Origin: Eledone cirrhosa
Lineage: Eukaryota
Assembly: GCA_964016885.1 (NCBI GenBank)
Contig: OZ024740.1
Location: 48,546,001 to 48,610,000, forward strand
Direction of reading: 5' to 3'
DNA: 64,000 nt
Both the position numbers and the translations under genes were made by a program. Each line of letters begins with the position of its first letter. Position 1 is the stretch's first letter. The notes beneath the pieces were generated by a model. It did not search any database, had not been told where the DNA came from, and saw nothing but the letters and a program-made list of their open reading frames with translations. Below, piece after piece: positions 39,191 to 52,551 of this stretch.

Positions 39191-39339
39191 TTCTATTTTC
39201 TAGTCCAAGTGAGATGTCCATCAAAACATCTTGTTTCCGCAGCATTAACATAAGAGTCAAAATTTACAGGAGCAATAAGTGACCAAACATATAACCCCAA
39301 ACAATTCCGATGGGTAAAGCATGGCCAGGACGGCGCAGG

Positions 39340-39760
39340 CTTTCCTTCCCGATGGAGCTAGCAGGGTTGAACTGAGGGGACGGCAAAAGGCCAGATGGCA
39401 TAACAATCTTCCTGTTCCGCGGGGTTAGACCCCCTCATTTGGGATTCCACATGCTGTGGCACCTACTCAAGTGGCAACATGGTGCGTTCGGCTACCAGAC
39501 CAGACTCTGCTGCTCGCCAAGCCGAAGAGGGCAAACTGTCCAAGTATAGGCCGCTTGTGGAGGAGTTTGTGGTAGGGCCTGTAGCAGTAGAGAATTCCGG
39601 CGTTATTGGCCCCCAGACCACATCCCTAGTCACTGCTATCGGAGCAGAGTTGGTCGCCCGCAGGTGCGAGGTGGCGTGGCCGTTCTAACGCGTCTCCCTC
39701 ACTGTCCCCCGGGTCAATGCATTCTCTATCCTATCGGCCGGGATCCAGAGGCTGGGGGTA
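39340..39760 (+). mobile_element. CRE 3' fragment (RLE)
   Basis: GKRPDGITIFLFRG...WDSTCC...KLSKYR.L...VGPVAVENSG. Confidence 0.82.
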
Positions 39761-42700
39761 AGTTAATTGGTAGTGGAGGATACTCATTCGGACGTCATTT
39801 TCGCACATGTATTGAATGCCTTTTTGAATCCATTCATTTAATATAATTGCTAAACAGCTACAGCATGACTGTTTTCCCCCAGGGTCTTGACTACTGACAT
39901 GTTTAACACAAAATGCAGAGAGAATTTTAAACGTGTTACTTTATTTCGCCATCTTAATTATCTTTTTTTTAGTCACACTCAAATGGACATAATTTATTAA
40001 ATATTAAATCAAAACATAGTTGTCGTGTTACAATTACTCGAACCAACGAACAGAGACTGCCGTACATCGAAGCTTCTAAAAGTTGGACAGTAACCATTTG
40101 CACTGAGGACCACCGCCATGTTCTGATAGTTAAAGCGATCGAAGTCTTTGGTTTAATCCAAGTGAATCAAATCTCCACTGAAGCTAGATTCATTACTCAT
40201 TCTTTCTACAATTCATCGTTCGAGATGTAATCGCATATCTCTACGCTTTTTCGATCGCAACAGGCGTCAATTTATCTGTAATTACATTGGCTAAAATCTT
40301 AAACACTCCCTTCAGCAAAAGTATAGGTAGGAAATTATCGAAGATGTCTTTGTTCGTGTACTTGCCCAACAGCGCCATGACTCTCCAAATAAAACAGCTG
40401 TGAATATTCCCAGACTGTTGCCATTTGTAATAGACACCTACAAAGAGAGGAGCAAAGAAGTATGACGCGTAAAAATCGGAAGGAGGCCTATCCGATCTAA
40501 GAGATATGCCTCACACAACCTCTCACCATCAACCGTATTTCAACTGCCGATATCTGATTTTCATATCATCTTACCTCTTCTCCCAATAGCTGCAATAGAC
40601 CGTCGATACAGGCACTAACGTTCCCTGATTTCGACTCACCATTACCCAAAAACATTTGGGTAAACATTACACATCTTAAACTGTTGTTAGTCGACCTCGA
40701 CAGGCAAACAGGCAGGGAGAGTTTGCGAAATTCCAGATGACATTTTAGAATGGAAGGACTGGGTGTAGCAGTTTGTGCAGGGCATAGGGAGGGGGAACAA
40801 TATAGGTGGCAAGAGGAGTGACAAGTGAATCCAGTGTGCCTACATCGAAATGACACGAAAACAGCTAGTTTCGAGGAGCAGTGGCCACTGCAATAACAGT
40901 AGAAAATACAAAGAAAGAAAATCACATTTGTAGCAAATGCAATCGGTCTGATTTGAACTTTTGTTCCCAGGCTGGTTAAGTAGGTCAAGGTGACCATATA
41001 TGCTAACCTTTCGGCTACATAGCTATTCAGTTCCTTTGTTAGGGACTAGTGTCGCCAGCTTGTTTGGAGAAAATGGCCAACTGGAGGTCATCTGAAATAA
41101 TTGGGAGATAACAGTGGTTTCATCAAATCCAGTCTGCCCTCGACCTTAGAGGTAGGCAATCTATCAGTTTGTTCCAACAAGCAGAGTAACAGACACCCAC
41201 TTCGGCCCTTTCCGCCTCAGGGCCAGCGAGCTTTATTCCCATTCGACTTTAACAAAGGTTAATCCCATCCACCTTTTAGGACTATGCACACACTCATACA
41301 CTTCAAATGTGAATATCTTTGTTTTCCTACATTATCACAATAACTTTGTGGCAGGTTATTAAGTAATAAAATTATTAAAGTAACGATTCTTGTTTATTGT
41401 TCATTCACTGAGGTATTTCAAATAGCGCTTTATATGGAACAAGTCAACTTTCCCATGCACCTATCAAGCCAAGCTACAAACATTCCTGCCACACCACAAT
41501 GGACATAGACGAACACCAACTAATAACACTGTGACGATAGGGTCACATCTATGTAACTGATAAGATGTATTCTTCATAGGATGAATAACAACATTAAAAA
41601 AAAACCTTCACTCGCTCCACATCTATGGCCCAGAGGTGGGAATGTGTTGGAGGGTGACTTCATGCCAACAGTCAGGTAGCCTTTAAGAATACAATCGCGG
41701 ATATTTGTATGTGCAGCAGCAGTGCCTTCCTTGAGTATATTACATTATGTGTCTCACTTGAGCATTATAGAGAGTTAGTAGTTGTTGATGGCTGGAGTAT
41801 TTTCTTGCTCTGGAGAGGATGGTTAGTCTTAATCATACAGTATGATAGGTCTTCAGTGAGGTCTAGCATTTATAGAGACGTTGGGGGGTTCTAATTGCGT
41901 ACTGTTTATGTTTCATCGGAGTTAGTAAGGAAGACAAATAAATGATCTCCGATGAGTTATAAGAAAGACCAAACTCGTCGGTTTGATCTTCGTTCCAAGC
42001 TGTCGACGGCTTGGGTCGAAGAATGAGGTGGCTTAATTTCACAGTATGACTAAATAAAACTTTATCAAACTAATGGATATGTCTATACATATTAATCTTA
42101 ATCTCAGCAGTTTCTAGTGACCCTTAGAAACACCGTCTCAACAACCCCACCCGACGACATCAATGTTTGAGTCATAAACAACTTATATAAAATTCTCAAA
42201 TAACGTCCATGCTATCATATCAGTTGTTCTCGGCTTTATATTTATTTCTAACATCTGGAATAAGTTGTTGGTGTTTACATTTCTATCGTCACAGTTGTTG
42301 TTGTTTCAACTTCTGAGACTGGCGATGGTGGTGATGCTGCTGCTAATGATGAAGGGGAGCAGATCTAAGATGGCACTGATTGATCAGACATATGCTTAAA
42401 GGCATTCCAATCGCGACCATCTTTTTTTTTTTTCTTCTAGGTACCCCAGACTAAATTTTCAAGTATCTGTTCTCTTATTTTCAGATAGGGTGTATTTTGA
42501 GGGAGATATGTCTAGCATGTCGAGTGACTACCGACAGACTCTCATTGAATCGTATTTTCATAAATGTCATTATTTTTGAGATGTTATAGCAGGTTTACAT
42601 AATGATTAGCCCCAGGCTGGCAGAAGTAATACTAATACTAGTTTACGGTTTACATTAAAATTCAGGGCACGAATGTTTAAACCAATAATGGAGAATCTTT

Positions 42701-43387
42701 TAGTCCCAGGAGTGAATGTGGCTTTCGATACGTTTTGGAAAGCTGAACAGCTGACAATGAACTTATTGTTGGCAGTTCACCTTACTAATGTATCAAGTGA
42801 TAAGGTGCTGGGTTATTCTAGCGTCTTCTTAGCCTTGCTACCAGCCACGGCAATGCTTCGAGTGTGTTGGCGTGTTTCAAAAATTATTAGAGGATAACTC
42901 CAGAGTCCCTTTATTGTGACGTGTGATTGAGAGTACATGTCCTCACTACACCCCTTTTTAAAATTTTTTTTAGTACTGAATATATATATATATATATATA
43001 TGTGAAAGAAATTTTGTATTTGTTTTGCAAGGTTTCATATCTGAAAACGTGTGTTGAAACAGATATTGTTATACTCTGGGAGGGTCATGCTACCAATAAA
43101 AACACGCGCACCTGTTGGTTTTCACTTCAATTTATTACCCATTTCCAGTTGGTTCCATAACCGGATGGTTGTTTATTTATTGTCAAAGCTCTTTCATTAC
43201 ACATTCTGAGTCCTCCTCAGTGACTAATTTGTTATTTTGTGTCTCTCCTTTGTTCTGTCCTACACCATATTCTTTTTGTGTGTTGTGTGATTATATAAAA
43301 ATGAAAATCATCTGTGAATAGGTGATGTGTTTACTCTCTTTAGCCACAATGTTTGTAGCCAACAAAAATATTTACTATCGGTATTTA

Positions 43388-43578
43388 GGGTGGTGAATTG
43401 ACAGTATCGGTAGAGGGTTGGACGCCATGCTTTCTAGCACAGTTACGTCCTTTTACGGCCTGAGTTCAAATCCTGTCGAGGTTAACTTTGCCTTACATCC
43501 TTACGGGGTCGGTAAAATAAAGTACCAGTAATGCACTGGGTAATTGCTGGCCTTGTGCCAAAAGTAGAAACAATTATT
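43388..43578 (+). mobile_element. Full-length tRNA-derived SINE
   Basis: A-box-like head, gagttcaaatcc B box, conserved core, tail ggccttgtgccaaaagtagaaacaattatt. Confidence 0.9.
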
Positions 43579-43580
43579 AG

Positions 43581-44007
43581 AGAAAAACATCCCTCACGAT
43601 TTCAGTGGGAAAGAACCCCCCTTTTCCGTGTGCTATCAACTAATATGACCTCCGAACATGCCGCAAAGGACTTTTTTTTTCATGGAAAAAAACGGAAGGG
43701 AAGGGGTTCGAACTTTTTTCCCAACCTGGACTTTTCTTTACCAATTTATTATTATTATTATTATTATTTTTCATGTGTTACATTATTCGTTTTTTAGTTA
43801 ACCGTACCTCAGATTCGAAAAAAACAAATAAATAAAAATGGCAAAGAAAACTCTGGAGGTAGGGGAACAGTCCGGGGGAAAATGTCAAATGCAGCATGTT
43901 CGGAGGTCAGCTTAGTTAATAGCACACGAAAAATAAAAACGAAAAAAAAAGAAAGAAAAACGAGGAAAAATAATTATTTCCCACGGAAATCGAGAGGGGT
44001 GTTTTTT
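43581..44007. mobile_element. MITE-like fold-back element
   Basis: Outer inverted repeat 43581-43612 / 43977-44007; inner inverted repeat 43636-43665 / 43890-43919. Confidence 0.7.
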
Positions 44008-44089
44008 CAAACAATTTACCTTACTACCAATATCTATTACAAGAACATAAGAAAAAAAAAACTTATGTGGACGCATCTATGTTGAGAAA

Positions 44090-44225
44090 AATAATTGTTT
44101 CTACTTTTGGCACAAGGCCAGCAAATACCAGTGCATTACTGGTACTTTATTTTATCGACCCCGTAAGGATGAAAGGCAAAGTTAACCCCGGCGGGATTTG
44201 AACTCAGAATGGCAAGGGCCGTAAG
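44090..44225 (-). mobile_element. tRNA-derived SINE
   Basis: Reverse complement of the SINE core and tail. Confidence 0.88.
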
Positions 44226-45829
44226 AAAAATAATAAAGTTTGATTTTTTCAATTTCACACCAACGTAAAGTCAGTTTTGTTTTGTTCTTAAGGTTTTCTT
44301 TTTTTTTTTTCATTTGGTAGGTTCGTTTCATGTTCTGTTGTTTAATGTGCTGCAATGCCCCTAGTACATGCGTTACCAGCCGACGAGAATATGTCCATGT
44401 AAAACTTTGAATCTTGAAGTTTACAACTTTCATATTTAGAATAAAATTTGTATATTACATACATTACACGAAACATACCTAGACAAAAATATTGGTTGAT
44501 AACACAACCAAGTCACACAGAATTTCTAAAAATACAAAAAAAATACACCACCAGTTGGCTTGCCTCAAAGTGTTCCATTGACCTTTATGATATCAATTGT
44601 CGCACTTAGTGGTGAATTGATCGTCGTTTTTGTTCCCCCCCCCCCCCCCATTATTTTTTTATTTTTTGTGCGTTTATATTTGTGTTCATCAATGACATGA
44701 TATTTATAATGTTTTTCTGAAAGAATTGCGAAAACTTCATAATGTTACTTACGCAAAACGAAATAAAGTTTTACTCATAACAAAATACAAACCAAAAATT
44801 GACCCACTGATAATGTTTTCCAGCGTATAAGACCCATTTTTTTTTTTTCAAAATCTGTCCTATATATGGAAGGTATGAATGTAGCATCAATAATCAGAAA
44901 TAATGATATATGTATACTATGCAGAAGCTATATATAATTCAACGTGCTGATTACGTAGTTCATGATTCAAAGATGAGTTGGAACAACTTAACATTTAGTT
45001 AAGATTGTATTAAATATTTGAAATCCGATATTCCGAGTATTCTTCTCAAAACAACATTCTTTTGTCTTATGAAGAATCATCAACATTTCTTTTTGTATTC
45101 AATTGGAATCAGATATTTTAATAACCGTGTTTTTTTTTGTTTTTTTAAAGAACAATAAAAAAACGAAAGACGACCGAATGTCTAATTTCATGGTCAGTAT
45201 TTAAAAAAATAATAATGTTGCATGTGTTCGTAGGTGTATTTCCTAATCCAAAGGAGAGACAAATGCGTCAGTTTCCTGTTTTAAAAAGATACTTGACTTA
45301 TGGACTTATTATCTTTCGTATCATATCTATCTGTCATATACGAAGGGAAGTGTAAAGTGAGTAAGTGTAGTAGGCATTCGTCATATATTATCTAGCTATA
45401 TATATCTGTACGTATTTCAATCGACAGGTTCTCATGTTTTTTTTTTTTTTTGTTTTTTTTATAAAAGGAGGCTACCTAGATTACGGAACCTCTTGCCAGT
45501 AGAGTATGATTAAATTTCAGTGTATTTCCTTCAAGTCTTCTTGATTACGTAATTCATGATTCAGGAGTGAGAAATTAAGTTAGTATTGACATATTTAATG
45601 TGGTTATAACCTAATTAGAAATACCTATGCGGAGAGGAAAAGACAGCTCAAATAACATATATAATCATTTCAGCAAGTATCGTGTGAACGACAGGGAACT
45701 AAACAATTTCAATCAACGTTTGTATATCGTGGTGAAAATTCCGTTAGTCATAAACTACGACCCAGTTTCAATTAACAAAACTTAGCTAATTCATTCAGCT
45801 ACGGTTAGCAACTCTTTTGATCCTCTTAA

Positions 45830-46082
45830 TACCTTGGATGCTACGGAATAAAATTCTAAAATACCAGGAATTATCAACAAACTTTCTTTTTTTTTTTTTC
45901 AGCCTGTCGTGTCCGAGACATTTTGGAGAGCTGGGCCACTGACAATGAAGTTTTTGTCATTGTTGGCGGATCACCTTACCGGTGTATCAAGTAAAGACTG
46001 CAAAATGGTTATTCCAGTACCTTAACCTCGCTATCATCCGTGGTAATATCGCGAGTGTGGTGGCTTATCTCAAAAATATTAG
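45830..46082 (+). mobile_element. CRE 3' fragment
   Basis: QPVVSETFGELGPLT...WLFQYLNLAIIRGNIASV. Confidence 0.75.
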
Positions 46083-46684
46083 AAGGAAGCTCCAGTGCTC
46101 CATGTGTATATATATATTATTCTTGTGTACAAAGCCAGAAGACATTAATTACAAAATTCATTTACATCCCTAAGGGCTTTTTGAGAGAGGCATGAATGTC
46201 ACAGTATTGTTTTGCGTACAAGCATGGTTGTGTGGTTAAGAAGTTAGGTTGTCCCGTGGGTTTGATTATTTTCAACGTTTTCAACATAAAAACCTCTTTC
46301 TCTTGTTCGAGAAAACAAGAGAAACAACTCCAAATGAACTGTCTGAAAAGGCAGAATGCTCTGGGGTTAAACAACATCTAGATATGTATTGATGAAACCA
46401 TATTATATGCATTGATACAAATAATAATTTTTAACGTTGGCACAAAATCACACATTTGGGGATGGAATTAGTCGATGATTAAATCGACAATAGTACTTAA
46501 CCTATACTTCATTTTACCGACCACCAAAAGATGAAAGGAAAAAATGGTGAGCAAAGATTTGAACTCAGAATATAAAAACCCAGAACAAATACCAGAGGGC
46601 ATCTTGGGCGCAGTTTTAATAATCTGAATTTCAGAAATCAAGTGACAAAATTTTATGGTAAAACGTTCACCAACTATTGTTAAG

Positions 46685-46749
46685 GGTTCTATGGTGTAAT
46701 GGTTAGTCCTCTGAATCCAATAATCCGAGTTGAAGTCTCGGTAGAGCCT
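46685..46749 (+). pseudogene. tRNA-Gln pseudogene
   Basis: Matches the 58426-58497 tRNA but has a 7-nt deletion in the anticodon arm plus substitutions. Confidence 0.88.
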
Positions 46750-47399
46750 TGTTTCTAACTTTTATTTACTTTTACTTTTTATATTATTATTATTGTTATT
46801 GTTGCTATCATTAATGAATGTCTCGCTGAATTACTAGCTAATATTCTCTTTGCTTTCTGCAAGTGTGATAAATATGAAGATTTCAAATGACTGGCATTAT
46901 GGTTGAGGAACGACTGTGTAGTGTATAGCGACAAACAGAGAAACGGATGTATTGAAAATGCCTAAGTGGACGTGGCACGAACCTAGCCTTTTTATATTAG
47001 TGATGAATTCCAGTACTTTCAAGAACAGCAGAAAGCACATTACAACAAAACAGCACGATCCTCCACCAGCCACATACATTTCTGTTTCACGTATCCTATT
47101 GCATCATAGACACTTAACACACCACTAACTCTATAATCATTAAGTTTTGTTATGTTTTTTTTCTTTGTCTAACCATATGACATAGAAACAAATGTTCCAT
47201 AATGTTCTTTACACATAACCCTTCTTACACTACAAAAACACCCGACAACAAACAATAAGATATTAATTAATTTTTTTTTAAATCCATTGTGTAACCAACA
47301 GTTACATTAATTCATTATCATAACAAACATCGCAACCATAATCGATTCAACATTGCGACATCCCATCTTTCACCAAGGTCATTTACATTATGATACTGA

Positions 47400-49450
47400 A
47401 CAGTGCTCCAGTCTCTGATCCCTCGCCCAGATCTCTACCTCAAAGGGACTTACCTGCAGCACTTGTGCCACCATCATCAAGCGGAAGAAAGATCGGAACT
47501 GTTCGTGGTACGGCAGTTTTCATCACCTGTCTAGCTTTGACCTGACACGACGAGCTTCAACGTGGAAATGCAACAGTTGCTTCTTCCTCTCACTTGAGCA
47601 GCGAAGGCCGTCCACTGCACCCCCGGACGAAACAACGAGCCTGTTTGATACTCAACTATCGCTGGCCAACATCGCTTGGCTAAGGCGGTTTCGGAAGGTG
47701 CTTCTAAAAATTCTGAAAGCAGCTCGGCTAACAGTAGCCGACGCTCTCGTATCTTCAATCGAGACAAGCCCAGACTCCAGTCGATCCAGTGATTGGGAGC
47801 GACTGTTTTATTTCGCTCCGCTCGCCCTCGGTCACATCAACACACCTGTCACCAACATTTATGAAGGCCAATATTTCGGCCTTTGGTCAGATGCCCATCC
47901 TAATTGTGCTCGACCAGTCAATACACATTCCCGCTGTCCTTTACTTCTGGTGCTAGTTCAAGGCGTTTACTCAACTACGTAAATGCTAAACTAATCGAAA
48001 ACGATGTATCGACCGCAATCAGAGTAATCGCCACGGACAGCAGTCCTTCACTCAACTGAGGGGATCCTGTTCACTATTCGCCTCATGCATCATAAGCCAC
48101 CCGCGAACCTCAAATCCATACCTCCAGTCGATCCTCATCTGCTATATTTGGCCTCCGAAGCAGACATCGTCTCTGACATGAGGTCTTTTCTAGAAGCAAT
48201 AGTAAAAGTGCCGACGGTCACTGAACTGGTCACCTCAACGATTTGATCTCCCCTCACACTGAGTGGGATTATGGCACTCACCAACATCCACGGAACCCCC
48301 ATTTCGAAGACCTCTTCTTTTCGGCCAACTTGACCTCTCTTAGGAAGAAAGAAGTTGGAATACGCCCTATTGATGTGAGCAATATCTTCAGAAGGCTGGC
48401 GAGGTTATTTGTAGGTTTGACGCCTCTGAACTTGGCGAGGAATTAAGCCCAGTGCAACTTAGGATTGGTGTAGCAGACGGTTGTAAGGGGGCCGCCCACC
48501 CCCTAAGCAGTTCATCAATGACTGTTTCCCCGAGCTGGCGCCGACATAGTCTTGGCATCCGTTTATCCATTGGCTTATTTATTATATAGATTTCCGAGCA
48601 TACTTCTCGTCGCGGATAATGTCATTCGTCCTCCGTTGGCGTCCAATAAGGTGATCCCTTAGATTCTCTCCTCTTCGCACATGGATGGCGTAACAATAGG
48701 CGGACCCGTGGAGACTATCTGCCACGATATCAACTCAGTAGTTACTGCTCTAGAGATCAGCCTAGAGATCAACTTATCTAAGTCGGTGGTCGGAAGTCAT
48801 AGCGGTGCATAACTAAACAAGTAGCCACACTCTCAATCGGTACTCAGCTGAACAGCAACTGACTACACGTCGGTGTTTCCTTGAGGGGCGGCTTACGGAT
48901 CTGTGAGCAACACAAATGCCGTTGTGGATGCATAATGCTTTCGGCCTTCACTCATTGTCATGCCGTCACAATTTCGGTCGCCTCCCACGTCATGCTGCTC
49001 TCAACGAGATCATTAAGTATGGCTTGGACGTTGCTGACTTCCCTTCCCAGCTTGAATCTGTAGAGTGGACCGAAGAGACGGCAAAAGGCCAGATAGCATC
49101 ACTATCTTCCCGTTCCGCAGTGGTAAGCCACTCATCTGAGATACAACACGTAGTGACACTTTCGCCAGCGGCAACCTCGTGCATTCAGCGACAGACCGAA
49201 GTTTCGTTGTTTGAGAGCAGAAGATTGCAAGTTAAGAATGTATCGACTGCTTTCTGAGAGATTTGTCATTGAATCTATAGCAGTGAAGACTTCTGGCCAA
49301 ATTTCTCCCTACCCATTGCTATCGGGGCGGAGTTGGCCGCCCGCATGAGTGAGCCTCGCGAGTTGGAATAGCTATTTCAAGGCGTCTCCATCGCTATCCT
49401 TCGGGGTAACACCTTATCCATTCTATCTGCTAGGACCACGAGGTCGGGGC
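47400..49450 (+). mobile_element. Decayed, internally deleted CRE element (second family)
   Basis: Degenerate PHD at 47455-47580; GIRPIDVSNIFRRLA, VQLRIGV, HKCRCG..GLHSLSC, GKRPDSITIFPF, ISIAILRGN-like end. Confidence 0.82.
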
Positions 49451-49565
49451 TATGCACGCCAGAGAGCCTTTTCCCACATTGTTCGGGTATAAATAGTTGA
49501 GGAAGCGATAGTATAGAATGCTAATATCTGCGCGCGCGCACACATATACAGAGAGGAGGGAGATG

Positions 49566-49602
<37 letters not shown>

Positions 49603-50935
49603 GGGGGAGGGGTGAAGGAGAGAGAGAGAGTTAATATATATAAAACTATTATAACCCAAAGAGCAGAAGCCATTGCAATGACAGTAGAAAAGGTAAAATG
49701 AGGAGGCAGCACAACACGTCTATGTGTTGTGGGTTGGAGTATGTTGGTGAGCGACATCATGTCAATCAGCTGGATGGCCTTTTGATGAGAAATACCTTTT
49801 TATGAATACGAGTGTGAGTGAATGTGTAACTGTGTGATTACTGAGCTTCTGTTGCAGTTTTAGGATAGTGGTGGGGTGGGAGCTTAAGTATACATATATA
49901 AGTTACATGTTGATTGGCAGTATCGGTAGGGCGCCGGACAAAATGGTGTGTAACATAGAGTTACGGTCCTTTACACTCTGAGTTCAAATTCCGCCGAGGT
50001 TAGTTTTGCATTTCATCCGTACGGGGTCTATAAAATAAAGTACCAGTAATGCACTGGGGTCGATTTAATTAAAATAGGTACGAGGGAGTCTGATCCAGCA
50101 TGGTCACTCGGGCTACTAGAAATAGCAGTCAAATCGTCATAAAAATGAAAACTAACATTGAATAATCTAATTCTATATACCTCTAAAATCTCGGGATGGT
50201 CATGATAAGAACGCCTTTCATCGTGTATTTGCTAGATCATGGGTTGCTTGGAACTGGATGAACAACAAAAACATAAACATATTGTGTGTAATTAAATAAA
50301 CGAGTAAATTTTATATAAATATATTTATGACGCTTTACCACAAATCAATTTTCGGTTTTAACCTCCTAAGAAAAACATATAGGCTAGACAGGTGAAGGAT
50401 CGTGATTTAGAATTAGTTGAATTTCCCTTACATACAATCTCGTTGATCCAACTAATTCCAAAAGAAAAATGTAGGTTTGATTGTCTCCAAAGTAGCATTA
50501 AACGTTGCGATCATGGAAATATTAGCAGGTATCTAACATTATTCTTTGCCCGAGGAGTGATGGAATCGTTAAAGCCTCGGACGACATTTTTTGCGTTATT
50601 TGTTCCGTCTCTTTACATTCTGAGTTCAAATCCCACACGCTGGTCGCCTCACGGCCCCGGCGGACAGAATGGAGAAGGCGTTTCCTTGGAATCGGATTTA
50701 AGTTTATCATTTAAAACTCATATTTTGTGTTATCGTTGAGCCAATTATCATATATAACTTAGAGGCACTATCTATAAGCTTTAGAAATGATTATATTATG
50801 ATACAATCAACTTCTACGTATCTCTCACGGAGAACATATCCAACACTAAATCAACTATATTGTACTTTAACCACTCATCCAACAAATAGTGAAAGTTCAG
50901 CTGTACAGAGCAAAAAGTAAGTTGGTATCATTATT

Positions 50936-51038
50936 TGAGGTTGACTTTGCCTTTCATCCTTACGGGGTCGATAAAATAAAGTACCAGTAATGCACTGGGT
51001 AATTGCTGGCCTTGTGCCTAAAGTAGAAACAATTATTT
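50936..51038 (+). mobile_element. SINE 3' part (similar copies at ~49910-50070, 59352-59475, 60036-60158)
   Basis: Conserved core and tail. Confidence 0.85.
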
Positions 51039-52046
51039 ATTCTTATCAAATGAGCAGTTAGAAATTATGAATTAGTCAATTTGCAAGTTAGAGTACTTTT
51101 GTAGCGGAGTTGTTTCATGGCACGTAACAATAATCTATCCATGCGTGATTTGGTTACTTTGACCAATCGTAAGTCGCGCATGAATATTAACTATTTCCGC
51201 CCAAAAGAAGATTTTCGCGCTTCTTTTGTTTCACTATATACTAGTTGCTGCTTTAACATCAAGAGGTTAACAACCATTTTCCCTTGCCGTGTCAACAACT
51301 AGCCAAAATGTAACGGTAAATTAGAACTTCGGCCCTGTCGATAAGGGACCGCTTTCTTTGCATATAACACTTAATTTTGTTTATTCACTTTATTTGGTAT
51401 GGCAGCACAACTTTTGTAATCCTGTTTTGGTTGTAAATAAATCATGTAAAAAGTTATAAAGTCTTATAATACTTTTACTGCCACCACCTTGGACGTGATA
51501 GGGGAAAATCCTTTTCCCAAGGTTCTATCACCATAATAGCAAATTCTCTTCTTTCGTGGCGACAACCGAATAACAACTAACTTCAACTTCTTCTACATTA
51601 CATTCACTTTCGGCTAATATTGCGACATAACAAAACCTACATTTTCTTTTGTTAGTACAACAACAACACCTTTCAACTGCTATACTTCCTCACACTATGC
51701 TCCCTACGAAGTTTTGCTTGGGATGTCTTATTCTCATAGGACTATTTGAGGGCGTTGGTGGTTGGTCAGTCCGAGCAAGCAAAGGAAAACTCGGGAATAA
51801 ATTATTCAAAGAGGTCATCAACACGAAAAATTATAGTTTAGTGTAAACACATTTAATGTAACAAGCACCAAAAGGTTAATTCAAAGTGACTCGGGCATTT
51901 TAAACGTGACGGAACCCATCCCTCTCTAGGTTTGAGCACGGAAGATTTCTTCCACAAAGAGATAGTGAAGAAGTGAGAAATAGATATGGAAGAAGAATTT
52001 TAATATTTTCATAAATCAACTGCGGAGCCAATGATAGAACATTTAA

Positions 52047-52142
52047 TCTACTATATAAATACTAGACAAATCTACTATTGAAAATACTAGACAATCTACT
52101 ATATAAATACTAGACAAATCTACTATATAAATACTAGACAAA
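52047..52142. repeat. Four copies of a 24-bp unit tctactatataaatactagacaaa
   Basis: Read directly; a fifth copy is at 55698-55721. Confidence 0.9.
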
Positions 52143-52517
52143 TCTATACTAATAAAGCTGACGGCCGTATGTATGTAACAAACTTGTCGCCAAACGGCTG
52201 AACCAAACGGCACCAAATTTGCACCATAGATGTAACTTTTTCCAAGTAAGAAAGTGAGGGTATTTTTATCTATCAAATTTTGTTAAAAGATTAAAGATAT
52301 TATTTAAATATTCACTTCTTTAAAATTTTCAAATGTCAACACTTCCGGTTATACGACATTTCTCTCTCTTTCTTAGTCTGTCTTTCTAGATAGATACATA
52401 GCTATAACGTCGCGCCCTTATAATATGTCTCTGTATGTCTGGCTGTCTGCATTATGAAAACCATTCTATACATTGACTTCGCTATCTCTGTGTGTGTATA
52501 TATATATGTATATATAC

Positions 52518-52550
<33 letters not shown>

Positions 52551-52551
<1 letters not shown>

